Assembly: GCA_963824495.1 (NCBI GenBank)
Contig: CAWGPQ010000006.1
Coordinates: forward strand, 64,001-128,000
DNA from: an uncultured bacterium
GTDB lineage: Bacteria; Babelota; Babeliae; Babelales; Babelaceae
DNA length: 64,000 nucleotides
Direction of reading: 5' to 3'
How positions within the stretch are numbered: position 1 is the first letter of the stretch; the number at the start of each line of letters is the position of its first letter. Of this stretch, positions 1 through 10,176 are shown piece after piece. The notes under the pieces are model-generated. The model had not been told where the DNA came from. It saw only the letters and a program-made list of their open reading frames with translations, and did not search any database. Position numbers and translations under genes: made by a program.

Positions 1-997
1 GAAAGCGCCGTTCAAGTGCTGCATCTTTTTCTATATATTTTTTGTATTCACGAAGTGTGGTTGCGCCTACACAATGAAGTAAGCCCCGAGCAAGCGCAGG
101 CTTGAGCATGTTAGAGGCATCCATACCACCTCCAGCAGCACCAGCACCCACGAGCATGTGTAACTCGTCAATAAAAAGAATGATATGATCGGTAGATGAT
201 TCGATCTCTTTTAAGACGCCCTTAAGACGCTCTTCAAATTCACCCTGATATTTAGCCCCTGCTATAAGCAATCCAAGATCAAGTGCATAAATAGTGCTTC
301 CCTTGAGGCTTTCAGGGATATCATTATTAACGATGCGTTGTGCGATGCCTTCAACGATAGCTGTTTTGCCAACACCAGGTTCACCAATTAAGACTGGATT
401 GTTTTTTGTACGGCGAGAAAGAATTTGAATAACACGCCTAATCTCTTCATGACGTCCTATAACAGGATCAAGTCTACCCTCACGTGCCTGATTAGTAATA
501 TTTTGGCAATATTTTTCCAGCATCTGGTACTGGTTCTCGGCATTCTTATCAGTTACGATTTTACCCTTACGCACTGTTTGCATATGAGCTAAAATTGTTT
601 GCCGATTAAACTGAGTTTTTTTAAAATAATCCCGTATTTCTTTTGGTAGGTCATGTGTTTCAGATAAACCGATAAGAATGTGCTCGAGGCTGATATAGCG
701 GTCATTAAGTTTGTCTGCTTCTTTTTTACAAAGGTTAAAAAAATCTTCAAGCGTATAATCTACTGCTAGACGTCCGCCTTCTACATGCGGCATAGCTTCA
801 AATTCTTTACGTACCATATCTTTGACGATAGTGATGTTTACGTTAAGCACGGTATAAAAAGAGCGGCAAAATTCGTTTTCAAGAGTTGCGGCCAATAGAT
901 GAATTGGCTTGACTGTTGGATGTTTATAGTCTGATGCTATTTCTACCGCTTTATTAAGAAGCTCCTGTGTCGATGTAGTAAAGTTTTCTGGCGTCAT
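1..997 (-). CDS. clpB: ATP-dependent chaperone ClpB, N-terminal part (continues beyond window start)
   Basis: Read manually, not in ORF track. ATG at 997 gives [17 protein letters not shown]..., then [37 protein letters not shown] (Walker A), [20 protein letters not shown] (Walker B). Confidence 0.93.
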   Translation of the reverse strand, partial: MTPENFTTSTQELLNKAVEIASDYKHPTVKPIHLLAATLENEFCRSFYTVLNVNITIVKDMVRKEFEAMPHVEGGRLAVDYTLEDFFNLCKKEADKLNDRYISLEHILIGLSETHDLPKEIRDYFKKTQFNRQTILAHMQTVRKGKIVTDKNAENQYQMLEKYCQNITNQAREGRLDPVIGRHEEIRRVIQILSRRTKNNPVLIGEPGVGKTAIVEGIAQRIVNNDIPESLKGSTIYALDLGLLIAGAKYQGEFEERLKGVLKEIESSTDHIILFIDELHMLVGAGAAGGGMDASNMLKPALARGLLHCVGATTLREYKKYIEKDAALERRF

Positions 998-1109
998 AGC
1001 GTACGTACCTCTTGTTGCATTATGTGTATATACGGGCTTATACTATATTGCAAGATTGTTATCAATAATTAGCATAAAGGCAATCATAGAAATATGAAAG
1101 AGGACTCTT

Positions 1110-1781
1110 ATGAAGTATTTGGTTAAAAGCTTTTTATTGCTGTCTTTGGCTGCTCAGTATTCACTCGTGGCACGGGATTTGCGTAACGATTTTTCTGTAT
1201 GGAAATCTAGAGAAAAATCTCGAGTAACACAAGATCAAGATTACTATGAGCCATTTGCACCGGAAGTTGAGCAGCAAGAAATACTTGAGAACCAAACCCG
1301 TGAGCTTCGTGAACTACTAAGTCTGGACGATAACGAATACGAAGAAATAACAGGTCCTGCTATTTTGACAGCTGAACCCTATCGATCGCTCGTACCACAA
1401 GATATGCAGGATGATCTACAGCACCAGCTTTTAACAGAAAGCATGCGAAGTTCTAGCCCTGATGAGCTCGGTGCTATTGCGCGTAACTTTGAAGAAAACT
1501 TGCAAAAAGAGTTTAACCTAAGCTGGCAAGGTGACCGAGACTACGAGATATGGCTTGCTGATCTTGACAGTTATTTTCAATTCGTAGATAACCCTGACCG
1601 AGATGTATATAGAGCTTTAAGAGACGATTTTGATGAAAGCGTTCGTAATGCTGCTGTACTTCACTGTGCAAAGCTTATTCAGGTAAATCGAAGAATGCTT
1701 GATATTTTAAAAAAGCATGAAATTGCTCTTAAAGAGCACGTGCGTCAACTATGTTTTAAGAAGTCCTATACGTTACGATAA
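1110..1781 (+). CDS. Hypothetical exported protein (signal peptide, acidic, helical)
   Basis: 223-aa ORF, GAGGA RBS, N-terminal MKYLVKSFLLLSLAAQYSLVA; no recognisable family. Confidence 0.75.
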   Translation: MKYLVKSFLLLSLAAQYSLVARDLRNDFSVWKSREKSRVTQDQDYYEPFAPEVEQQEILENQTRELRELLSLDDNEYEEITGPAILTAEPYRSLVPQDMQDDLQHQLLTESMRSSSPDELGAIARNFEENLQKEFNLSWQGDRDYEIWLADLDSYFQFVDNPDRDVYRALRDDFDESVRNAAVLHCAKLIQVNRRMLDILKKHEIALKEHVRQLCFKKSYTLR

Positions 1782-1925
1782 GCTTCTGTTTGTCAAAAGT
1801 GTAAATTTGACACGCCCTATAGTGTTCTTGTTGTTTTTAAATTTTGATGCTAAAATTTCATCTTGTATAATTAAAAGAGCGACACGTATAAATTAGGCAA
1901 GAGCATAACTATTAAAAGCACAACT

Positions 1926-2726
1926 ATGATGTATAAATTTTTGAACGCAGTGATATTGATAGCAGTATGCTTAATGTATAGCACGTATGCTCTTACACTT
2001 CAAGGTACTATTCGAGAGCTTGATCAAATATGGGTGCTATCAGAATATCTTGAAGATCTACATATATTTGAGCACATGTCTGCCAAGCAAGAAGAACAGA
2101 TATATGATCAGCATCAGCAATTATTAGGGTTGCTTCCGCTCTATCTAGAAAAATGTGGTGATGCATGTATTAGCTATGATCATGAAAAGCACGCATCGAT
2201 TTTAAACTCACCTGCATTATTACTTAAAATTGTACAATCTGTTAAGATATCCGCTCGCGTATATGATGAAAAAACTTTTGGTGATCTATCTATCCGTGAT
2301 CTTATGAGGCATGCATCGATTTTAAAATCGCCTGAATTATTACTTAAAATTGTACAATATGTTAAGATGTCCGCCCGTGTATATGATGACGAAACTTCGT
2401 CTATAGCTTTTGATGATGTACTTATTCGTGATTTTAGACACCTTATGCGTCTAAAATACACTATGACAGGTATTAAGTCGGTTATCGAAAACCAAGCAGA
2501 TACTGTGCAAGCACGTTTGAAGTTATGGCCATCCTTGCTCAGCTATATACAGCATCATGCTGCTTGGTTTATAACGTATGCTCAAGATAGTTATGCTCGA
2601 TTATTTGATAAGTATCAAGAACTTGAGGCACAAGTTGCATCGAGTATTATTGACTCCATGATCAAAAGTGACCAAATCTTTATTGATGACCTTACATGCG
2701 TAATGCATGAAGATATCTTAAAATAG
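1926..2726 (+). CDS. Hypothetical exported protein with internal 40-aa duplication
   Basis: 266-aa ORF, signal-peptide-like N-terminus; HASILxSPxLLLKIVQxVKxSARVYD occurs twice. Confidence 0.75.
   Translation: MMYKFLNAVILIAVCLMYSTYALTLQGTIRELDQIWVLSEYLEDLHIFEHMSAKQEEQIYDQHQQLLGLLPLYLEKCGDACISYDHEKHASILNSPALLLKIVQSVKISARVYDEKTFGDLSIRDLMRHASILKSPELLLKIVQYVKMSARVYDDETSSIAFDDVLIRDFRHLMRLKYTMTGIKSVIENQADTVQARLKLWPSLLSYIQHHAAWFITYAQDSYARLFDKYQELEAQVASSIIDSMIKSDQIFIDDLTCVMHEDILK
2189..2398 (+). repeat. In-frame tandem duplication, 120-nt period
   Basis: 2189-2278 and 2309-2398 are near-identical. Confidence 0.9.
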
Positions 2727-2733
2727 CTTGGGT

Positions 2734-3051
2734 CTAAAATTGTACAATCCACCGGCAGAGAAATCCAAGCTTATGCTTATAGCCGATTCCTAGGTTGCCA
2801 TCTCCAATATGCGCCACAATGGGCATACCCTGTATGGTTTTTAACAACTTTTGAGAAGCTGCTTTAACAGGTAGGGCAGGTTTATCCAAGAATATCAAAT
2901 GCGCTTGCTGATTAATAAGCTTTTTGTCGAGCATATATAGTGTTACGTGCTCTGCATACAGTGGTTTGGCAAGAGTTAAAGAGAGCAGTATGCCTAAAGC
3001 CTGTGCTCCCTGCGCTCTATAAGACGTAAGCTTCACCGTAAAACACTCCAT
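2734..3051 (-). CDS. Small hypothetical exported protein
   Basis: 105-aa ORF with signal-like LGILLSLTLAKPLYA; true start may be the internal GTG (VKLTSY). Confidence 0.5.
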   Translation of the reverse strand: MECFTVKLTSYRAQGAQALGILLSLTLAKPLYAEHVTLYMLDKKLINQQAHLIFLDKPALPVKAASQKLLKTIQGMPIVAHIGDGNLGIGYKHKLGFLCRWIVQF

Positions 3052-3131
3052 ATAATGAGCTAGGCGTTGTGGAATATCACTTAGTTATTTTAGCACAAAG
3101 AGACAAAGCTTTCCAAGAGCTTATATCAAGC

Positions 3132-3206
3132 AAAAAAGAGGCCCATCCTCTCAAGCGGCGCAGTAAGTAGGGTCTTTTATGCAGTTTTACCGCTTGAAAA
3201 GATGGG
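3132..3206 (-). terminator. Long stem-loop with U-tail (terminator-like or structured RNA)
   Basis: Arms 3142-3158 and 3190-3206 pair fully on the minus strand via two G-U pairs; followed by CCUCUUUUUU; 3' of the 3225-3569 gene. Confidence 0.6.
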
Positions 3207-3224
3207 TTTATTTATACATGCCTA

Positions 3225-3569
3225 TTAGCAAAATATGCATCCCATAAGAGCAAACTTTGCCGCTGCAAATGCGCTTCCTGCAACTACAAGGCCAAGTCCT
3301 ACGACACTGCCGCAAATGCAAGCTGTTAGTGCCAATGGCCCCATGCCAGTGCTTGGTCGCGCTCTAGGGACATCTTGCTGCCGGTCGTATTGAGCATCGA
3401 AGTCCTGACTAACAGGAACCTGCTTTCTTTGAGCATGTGTATGGCGTTGAGTATGATATGATTGTGGTCTATTTTCTTGTCTTCCAGTATTTCGGGCATT
3501 AAGGGGAAGCATAAGCCCTGATAAAGATATGACTGCCAATGCCAATGCTTTGTATGATGTTAGATTCAT
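3225..3569 (-). CDS. Small hypothetical protein, signal peptide plus C-terminal hydrophobic Gly/Ala/Cys-rich segment
   Basis: AAGGA RBS before ATG 3569; MNLTSYKALALAVISLSGLMLPLNA...LALTACICGSVVGLGLVVAGSAFAAAKFALMGCIFC. Confidence 0.65.
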   Translation of the reverse strand: MNLTSYKALALAVISLSGLMLPLNARNTGRQENRPQSYHTQRHTHAQRKQVPVSQDFDAQYDRQQDVPRARPSTGMGPLALTACICGSVVGLGLVVAGSAFAAAKFALMGCIFC

Positions 3570-3776
3570 AGAAAATCCTTTCTTGTTTATGGCAGATGTC
3601 ACAATACTCGACATGTATTAGTCTAGACACTTTGACAGAAATATCAAAAGGCTCTATTTATTGGCATACTATATATAAAAATCATAACAGTGTATTACGT
3701 TATGAGCACGTTATGCTTCGGTTAAAATAGTTCATGATATAGTGTAGCACAGCTGCACTGCACCATATCCATAAGC

Positions 3777-4598
3777 CTATCGTGAAAAAACCATGCTGTT
3801 GATAGAAGAAAAAAGAATGCCAGTACTCGGTAAAGCTAGCGCTTGCGTGCTTTTAGACAACATAATAGCACCTGCAATACCAAGTAAGCTTGATAAAACT
3901 TTTGAGCACGTAGTATTAAAGATGTGCACGTATGACTTTAAAAATACGTGAGCAATAATAACGCCACATAGTAGGAAGATCACAGGTAACGCATGGGGGC
4001 GATGGGCAGAGGGCTAGTAAAAAAAGAATAAGAGCTGCATGAAAAGCTAATTGATGCAATTTTGAGTAAGCCTGCACGTGCTTTTCTATATGAGTGAAGG
4101 AAAGGTTATAGCTTGCCAAGATTATCGTGCCCAGTATATATCCACCGAGAACATCTGAAGGGAAATGAGCCCCTAGATAAATTCGTGTTGTTCCTATTAG
4201 TAGTATTAATATAATAGGGCATATTCTTAATAAAAAATTTTTTGACTTAAGCAAAGAAAAGATAAACCCTAAACATATCACTGCCGCATTTGCTGCTCAA
4301 CTGGGAAAGCCATAGCCAGTAGTACCTAAGATCTTCAGAGATAACATCACATCATATGGTCTAGGCTGAGCAAAAAAGCCTTTAGTGTTTTATGTAAGAT
4401 TCCTCCAAAAGTCAAAAGATACAGCAGGTGAAAGGCACTTTTTTCACTTTTAAAATTCCTGACCACTATGACAATGATCATATAGGTCAAGTCACTATCA
4501 AAAATATTAAGTGTCAAAAAGATTTGATCTATCCAAGCACTACGTATAGACTGAAGCGCTTTAATCAGAGTAAGTTCCGCAAGATGTAGCTCATTCAT
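3777..4598 (-). pseudogene. PAP2-family (phosphatidic acid/undecaprenyl-PP) phosphatase, disrupted
   Basis: Reconstructed motifs K...QPRP, GYGFPS*, TRIYLGAHFPSDVLGG. Frameshift in T-run near 4372-4377, in-frame TGA 4299-4297 replacing the G of PSG, second frameshift near 3995-3999. Confidence 0.8.
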
Positions 4599-4780
4599 TA
4601 AAGCTTTCCCCTGACGACGCCAGTTTGGACAATTTGTTGAAAGGCATGATAGCACAAAAACAAAAAAAGGCTTAGGTATAGAGCAGGAGGAACTACCTGT
4701 GCACTGTTCAATTGTTACAAAAATGTTTACAAAAGAGTAGTTTTTCTGATATATTTATTCTGTAAAGACTGGAGGAAAGC

Positions 4781-5026
4781 ATGAGTAAGATAATTAGGAT
4801 TAGCGAAGAAGCTTATATCAAGCTCAGCGAGCTGGCGGAAGCGTTGGGCGCACCAAGAACGAGAGTAGTAGAAAAAGCTCTTGATAAATTAGCAGGTGAG
4901 CAACTTCTGAAAAGAGCTAATAGAGCTTATGAAGAGCTCATGAAAGATCCCCAAGCTTGGCAAGAAGAGCTTGAGGAGAGAAAAGACTGGGAAGCAACTC
5001 TAGGAGATGGCTTAGAAAGCTTATGA
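4781..5026 (+). CDS. Antitoxin, ribbon-helix-helix type (type II TA)
   Basis: 81 aa, MSKIIRISEEAY RHH-like start, acidic C-terminus ending LGDGLE, GGAGG RBS, ATGA overlap with toxin. Confidence 0.8.
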   Translation: MSKIIRISEEAYIKLSELAEALGAPRTRVVEKALDKLAGEQLLKRANRAYEELMKDPQAWQEELEERKDWEATLGDGLESL

Positions 5027-5385
5027 GCACTCAAGTTAAACGACCTCTTCGTGGAGAAATCTGGTTGGTAAGCCTTGATCCTACGATTGGAAGAGAGCAA
5101 GCTAAAACTAGACCATGCGTTGTAGTATCGGCCGATGGCTTTAATAAGGGTCCTTTCGGCTTGTTTATAGTTATCCCTTTGACATCTAAAGATAAAAGAA
5201 ACCCCTTGCATATCCCTATCGATCCCCCTGAAGGTGGGCTTTTGGTCAAATCATTTGCTTTAACAGAGCATATACGATCTACGTCATATGAGCGTTTTTC
5301 TCATCGATCAATGGGAAGAGTGCATGATACTACGCTCAAAGCTATAGAGCATAGGCTCAAAATACTTCTAGGCTTTGATTTCTAA
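5023..5385 (+). CDS. mazF: PemK/MazF-family endoribonuclease toxin
   Basis: RGEIWLVSLDPTIGREQAKTRPCVVVS and VIPLTS motifs typical of PemK/MazF. Confidence 0.92.
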   Translation: MSTQVKRPLRGEIWLVSLDPTIGREQAKTRPCVVVSADGFNKGPFGLFIVIPLTSKDKRNPLHIPIDPPEGGLLVKSFALTEHIRSTSYERFSHRSMGRVHDTTLKAIEHRLKILLGFDF

Positions 5386-5583
5386 GCAAAAATCGCAATA
5401 AACAAGATTGCTCATACCGACAAGAAGAGAACCCCCAGTACGTGGATTTGGTACGTAAAGTTATTGCTTTTGTACAAACTAATATTTTCGTGCAATTCTA
5501 AATAGTCTTATAATTCAATATATGATGATCTATAGAAACTGAGTGTACGTTAAGCAGTTGATATTATTGATGATGTCAGCTGC

Positions 5584-6891
5584 TTAAAATTCTCTACTGT
5601 CAAAATAAGAAAGATTCTCGTTTTTGCTGGTGCGCAGAGCTTTGTTGCGTAATTTTTTATGGTAACTGATAGCAAAATGGTGTGCGTAATCACGCAAGGC
5701 TATAAGCAGTTGACCTAGATCGGTAGCAAGATCAAGCTTGATTCCGTTGGGGGGTAAATTATGAGCAAAAAGCTGCTCTTCCCGTTTTGCAAGGCTTATG
5801 CATAGAGCAGAAGGAACTATCTGTTTGACTGCGCTTAGTTGGCCTTTGCCTCCATCAATTACTATAATGTCGGGCAGATCGTCATCATGTTTGTAGCGTC
5901 GCGAGACAATTTCTTGTAATGCAGCGTAGTCATTTTGTTCTTTAAGAGATCTAATGAGAAAACGTCGAAACTTATTCTTATCAGGCTGACCATCAGTAAA
6001 TCTGATACAGGAGCCTACAATATGAGTGCTCTGAAAATGCGAAATATCAAAGCAATCAAGGGTACGCGGTAGGTTAGGTAATTGTAAGAGTTTCTGGAGC
6101 TCGAGCAATGCGAAAGAGAATGCAGAAGCTGGACGACGGAGAAGGGTAGCATGCTCAATTTCTTTTGCGTACTTTTGTTCTGAAAAGCGTGTTTTAAGTG
6201 TTTCAAAAATAGTAGCAAAGTTTTTTTGATATTCGCTTAAATGCTTTGATTTCTCAAAATCTAAGTTTTTATTATGATACATGATCTGTTCTTCTAGTAA
6301 CGCTAGAAATTGCTCGTGGTTGCCCTTGAGTGCTTCATGAGCGAGCTTGACATGCAATCGATACTCATCGGGGTTAAATGTCGTCGTACAATTTCCAGCG
6401 CATCGGTCAAGATGATAATCAAGGCACCCTTCTTTAATAGAACTTTTACAGAGCTTAAGGCGAAACGTACGTACCAAATAATCGTAGCCATTACGTACAT
6501 CATGTTTACTCATGAATGGGCCGAAATAGATACCCTTCTCTTGTTGTACTCGGACAAGCTTAAATTCGGGTAACTCAGCATCAGTGATCAACACATACAT
6601 AAATGGATTGCCACTTTTAAGTAAAACATTATATTTTGGCTGATAATCGCGGATAAGTTGAGCTTCTAGGAGTAATGCTTCTGTCTCGTTTTTGGTCACG
6701 ATATAGTCGACCGTAGCATGTTCTTTGATAAGCTCGTTAATTTTCCAATCAGTGTATCGCTTGGCAAAATATGATGCAACTCGCTTATATAATGACTTGG
6801 CTTTGCCAATATAAATAATCGTATGAGCACTATCTTTAAATAGATAGACGCCAGGTAATGTAGGTATATTTTTGAGTAGAGGAGTGCTCAT
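5584..6891 (-). CDS. uvrC: Excinuclease ABC subunit C (short form)
   Basis: GIY-YIG (PGVYLFKD...IYIGKAKSL), EALLLEAQLI..QPKYN, RNase H-like DCFDISHFQ, NDYAAL, DGGKGQL, LRDYAHHFAI. Confidence 0.92.
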   Translation of the reverse strand: MSTPLLKNIPTLPGVYLFKDSAHTIIYIGKAKSLYKRVASYFAKRYTDWKINELIKEHATVDYIVTKNETEALLLEAQLIRDYQPKYNVLLKSGNPFMYVLITDAELPEFKLVRVQQEKGIYFGPFMSKHDVRNGYDYLVRTFRLKLCKSSIKEGCLDYHLDRCAGNCTTTFNPDEYRLHVKLAHEALKGNHEQFLALLEEQIMYHNKNLDFEKSKHLSEYQKNFATIFETLKTRFSEQKYAKEIEHATLLRRPASAFSFALLELQKLLQLPNLPRTLDCFDISHFQSTHIVGSCIRFTDGQPDKNKFRRFLIRSLKEQNDYAALQEIVSRRYKHDDDLPDIIVIDGGKGQLSAVKQIVPSALCISLAKREEQLFAHNLPPNGIKLDLATDLGQLLIALRDYAHHFAISYHKKLRNKALRTSKNENLSYFDSREF

Positions 6892-6984
6892 TGCTAAAGA
6901 TTTCCCTTGTACTAGTAAGATATACTAAAAGTATAGCTTATATTAAAAGTTTGTAAATAAAATATCGTTGAACGGCCTCTAAAA

Positions 6985-7635
6985 TTAGCCCTTGAAAACG
7001 CCCTCAAATACGCATCCTGAAAGTGGCATGCGATGAGAAGGAAATTCGCGCTTACGTAAGTACTCAGGTAGATCTTTGGGATTGCCCTGTCTTCCAATAG
7101 CAACCATTGCCTCTACTTTATAGTTGGCTGGTATCTTGAGTTCTTTGGCTGCTTGATCGTAATCAAAACCACCAATGCCATGGATGACAAGGCGGGGGAT
7201 ATCTGCCCCTTGGAGCGCAAGATTTTCCCAGGCAGCACCTGTATCAAACGAATGGGTAGTTGAATTCTTGTTCGAAATAATCACAATAAGCGCTCCAGCT
7301 TTGTCTGCCCATTTTTTATTTCCTGGAGCAAGTAGGTTAAAAAAGCGATCCCAATCATCTGTGCCGGCCAAAGCATAAATAAACCCCCACGGCTGCTTAT
7401 TATCTGATGAGGGAGCCCATCGTGCTGCTTCAAAAAGCTGCATAAGCTCGTCACGTGTCACGGGCTCGCCGGACATAGCATAGGATGACCATCGTTTAAG
7501 AAAAAGTTCATTGATAGGATGACTTGCTTGGCGTTTGAACTTCTTTTCTTGCAGAGCTGTTTTGTGTGCTATTGCGTATGTCATACATGGCAACAAAAAT
7601 AAAAATACATAATATAGCATGTTTTTTATACTCAT
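6985..7635 (-). CDS. Nitroreductase-family protein with N-terminal signal-like extension
   Basis: RWSSYAM, LFEAARWAPSSDNKQPW, FDTGAAWENLALQ; AAGGAG RBS before ATG 7635. Confidence 0.88.
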   Translation of the reverse strand: MSIKNMLYYVFLFLLPCMTYAIAHKTALQEKKFKRQASHPINELFLKRWSSYAMSGEPVTRDELMQLFEAARWAPSSDNKQPWGFIYALAGTDDWDRFFNLLAPGNKKWADKAGALIVIISNKNSTTHSFDTGAAWENLALQGADIPRLVIHGIGGFDYDQAAKELKIPANYKVEAMVAIGRQGNPKDLPEYLRKREFPSHRMPLSGCVFEGVFKG

Positions 7636-7954
7636 CTTATCTCTCCTTATCATATGGGCTCCTGTTTTTAACTATACCCTTTTGTGAGTACTTTCTGCAA
7701 TACTTGAAAGTGCTTTTATTAAGATCTAGAGCTATTAATAAGCACTGTGTTATCGATAATGGTGCTCTGGTGGAGGCTATTATGAGTGATCATCTATTTA
7801 AGCAGGCTCCACGTAAGGTTTAATACACATATTATTAATTTGCATAAATTTTTTATAAATTATAAACTATTGAATTTTATATTGGAAATTTTATATAGTA
7901 AATAGTAGTAGGGCCAAAACTATTGAATAATATTAAAAAATAGGTCAAATTATC

Positions 7955-8671
7955 ATGTTTTTAAGTGATGTAAAAGTTGCGCTTATACTACTTATCGTCT
8001 TATATAGCGTGCAACTGAAGGCACCCGATGGCTTACCCTCTGGCATACCGCCGGAAATGGCGGATTGGCTTGAATTTGGGCTAAGACCTCCGCAAATAGA
8101 AGCCCTCTTGGAAGCTGAACAGAGACGGCTTGAGCGAGCCCTAGCTCGAGAGCAGTTAACCGAGGCTGAGATCGAAGAGTTAGAGAAAGCTGGGGCTTTT
8201 ACCTCACGTTCCACTGCTCAAGATGTAGAAAAAAATCTGCTTGATTTTAATGAGAAATTAAAAAATGACTTCCATAACTACTATCAAGGGCATGTTATTA
8301 CCGTTAAGCAGTTCAATGCTTTGCTGAACCGTATGAAAGAAATTAGAAAATCTGAGGCTGGCAAAACTTTAGAAGAACTTACAAAGTTACGCCAAGATCT
8401 GAATCCTGAATTGAAGATTCTTTATAATGAGGGCCTTAAAATAAGGCAAGACCTTGATGCCCAGATAATTCAAGTTAAAAACATAATTTCTTCTGCTGAA
8501 GAATTCTTTAGAAGTATCCCACCTTATCCTGAATTAGGTGATGTTCGTAGTCAAGCTCGGACGATGCTTGATTATATACGTAATTTTTATAGCTCAGAGT
8601 TTTCTCAAGAAAGGTTAAAAGTAATCAATGGCATACTTGATACTATAACTAAAAGTCTTGAACAATTTTGA
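7955..8671 (+). CDS. Tandem-array exported helical protein, paralog 1 of 7
   Basis: Hydrophobic N-terminus, KAPDG..PPE.A.WL..GL.P.Q..ALLEAE.RRLERAL block, IPPYPELGD motif. Confidence 0.85.
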   Translation: MFLSDVKVALILLIVLYSVQLKAPDGLPSGIPPEMADWLEFGLRPPQIEALLEAEQRRLERALAREQLTEAEIEELEKAGAFTSRSTAQDVEKNLLDFNEKLKNDFHNYYQGHVITVKQFNALLNRMKEIRKSEAGKTLEELTKLRQDLNPELKILYNEGLKIRQDLDAQIIQVKNIISSAEEFFRSIPPYPELGDVRSQARTMLDYIRNFYSSEFSQERLKVINGILDTITKSLEQF

Positions 8672-8686
8672 AGAATAAGGAGAAAA

Positions 8687-9415
8687 ATGAATAATTACAA
8701 AATATTAAATAGCCCGATAGTAATAACTGTCTTACTTGTTATAGGGCTCAGCGTTAGAATCAAAGCACCGGATGGTTCATTTTCTGGAATCCCACCGGAG
8801 GTGGCAGTATGGCTTCAATCTGGGTTGACGCCTGAGCAACAAGCGACCCTGTTTGAAGCCGAAAAGAGACGACTTGAGCGGGCTCTGGCTCAAGAGCAGT
8901 TAACGGAAGCTGAGATTAAAGAATTAGAACTCAGTGGAGCATTTCAAGCACGTCCTACTGAGCAAGATATAGCTGAAAAACTGTTTGCCTTTTCTGAGCG
9001 CTTAAACAAGGACATCCATGACTATTATGAAGCTAATCGGATTACTGGTGCTCGACTTGCAGACTTGCTGGATTGGATGGTAAATATGGCCGAAGCAGAA
9101 ATGTATAAAATAACTCCGAAAGCACTTAAGGAATTCAGGGAAAGCTTACGTGCTCAATTGCTGGGAGTCTATGAGGAGGCTGGTGCCGTCGGCAAGGAAC
9201 TTGAAATGGAGCGAAAATGGGTTGAAGACATAATGCTTAATGCTCAAGACTTTCTGCACGCTATTCCTCCTTATCCTGAACTTACTGATATTCGTGGTGA
9301 GGCTCAGGAATTAGTTGATCGAGTGCATAAGCTGTATAAGACGGCGTCTTTTGATGCGAGAGCAAAAAGGATCAAAGGGATACAGGAAGATGTAGCACAA
9401 AGGTTTAGTCCCTGA
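8687..9415 (+). CDS. Tandem-array exported helical protein, paralog 2
   Basis: Same conserved blocks; AAGGAG RBS. Confidence 0.85.
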   Translation: MNNYKILNSPIVITVLLVIGLSVRIKAPDGSFSGIPPEVAVWLQSGLTPEQQATLFEAEKRRLERALAQEQLTEAEIKELELSGAFQARPTEQDIAEKLFAFSERLNKDIHDYYEANRITGARLADLLDWMVNMAEAEMYKITPKALKEFRESLRAQLLGVYEEAGAVGKELEMERKWVEDIMLNAQDFLHAIPPYPELTDIRGEAQELVDRVHKLYKTASFDARAKRIKGIQEDVAQRFSP

Positions 9416-9432
9416 GGTAAAGGGTAAAAAAT

Positions 9433-10152
9433 ATGAGAATATATGCCACGTTAAAAAATAGCCTTGCACAAGTAACCATCTTACTTAGTATTCTAACGAA
9501 TTTTAACATTAAAGCACCTGATGGTTTATCTTCTTATACTGTACCACCAGAGATAGCAGTTTGGCTGTCAACTGGCTTGAGCCCCGAGCAGCAGGCAGTT
9601 CTCTTAGAAGCTGAAAAGAGACGATTTGAGCGTGCTCTAGCTCAAGAGCAGCTAACTGAGGCTGAGATCAAAGAATTAGAGAAAAGTGGAGCGTTTCAGG
9701 CACGCCCTACCATTCAAGATCTTACTAACGCTTTAGATATTATTAAAAAGTGGGCTTGGCAGGTTCTGAAGAGTCAGCTGCAACTCCTGAATCTCATGAG
9801 TGCTAGAGGAAAAGAGCTTCTATATTTGCTTCAAAAAATAGCGAAATCTAAAGAACTTGAAGAATCTAAAGCAAATCTACAGCGAGAACTTGAACTTATT
9901 TCTAATGAAGCTACTCAGCACATAAAAAACCTTAGCGAAATGTATGAGGAGCGTAAGGCTCTCGTAGCAGAAGTACAAGATTTTATACGTACTATTCCGC
10001 CTTACCCCGAGCTGGCCCAAGTTCGCGATGAAGCTCGCAACATAGAGGAAAGTCTTGCATTAACAATAGGGTCTAAAAAAATTGCTAGCCTTATGCAGGA
10101 TATGAATCGCATACAACATGAAGCAGACGAATTGAGTAGTATATTATTTTGA
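9433..10152 (+). CDS. Tandem-array exported helical protein, paralog 3
   Basis: Same conserved blocks, divergent central region. Confidence 0.85.
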   Translation: MRIYATLKNSLAQVTILLSILTNFNIKAPDGLSSYTVPPEIAVWLSTGLSPEQQAVLLEAEKRRFERALAQEQLTEAEIKELEKSGAFQARPTIQDLTNALDIIKKWAWQVLKSQLQLLNLMSARGKELLYLLQKIAKSKELEESKANLQRELELISNEATQHIKNLSEMYEERKALVAEVQDFIRTIPPYPELAQVRDEARNIEESLALTIGSKKIASLMQDMNRIQHEADELSSILF

Positions 10153-10176
10153 TTTTTGATTAAGAAAGAAAAAGAC

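Noticed and set aside
998..1109. CIRCE/heat-shock operator before clpB
   Set aside because: No TTAGCACTC-N9-GAGTGCTAA match here or upstream of lon.
2226..2749. TAAAATTGTACAAT palindrome-containing motif seen three times
   Set aside because: Two copies come from the coding duplication; the third is at a gene end and plausibly chance in AT-rich DNA.
4781..5385. TA module as marker of a mobile element
   Set aside because: No integrase, transposase or terminal repeats seen in the flanks.
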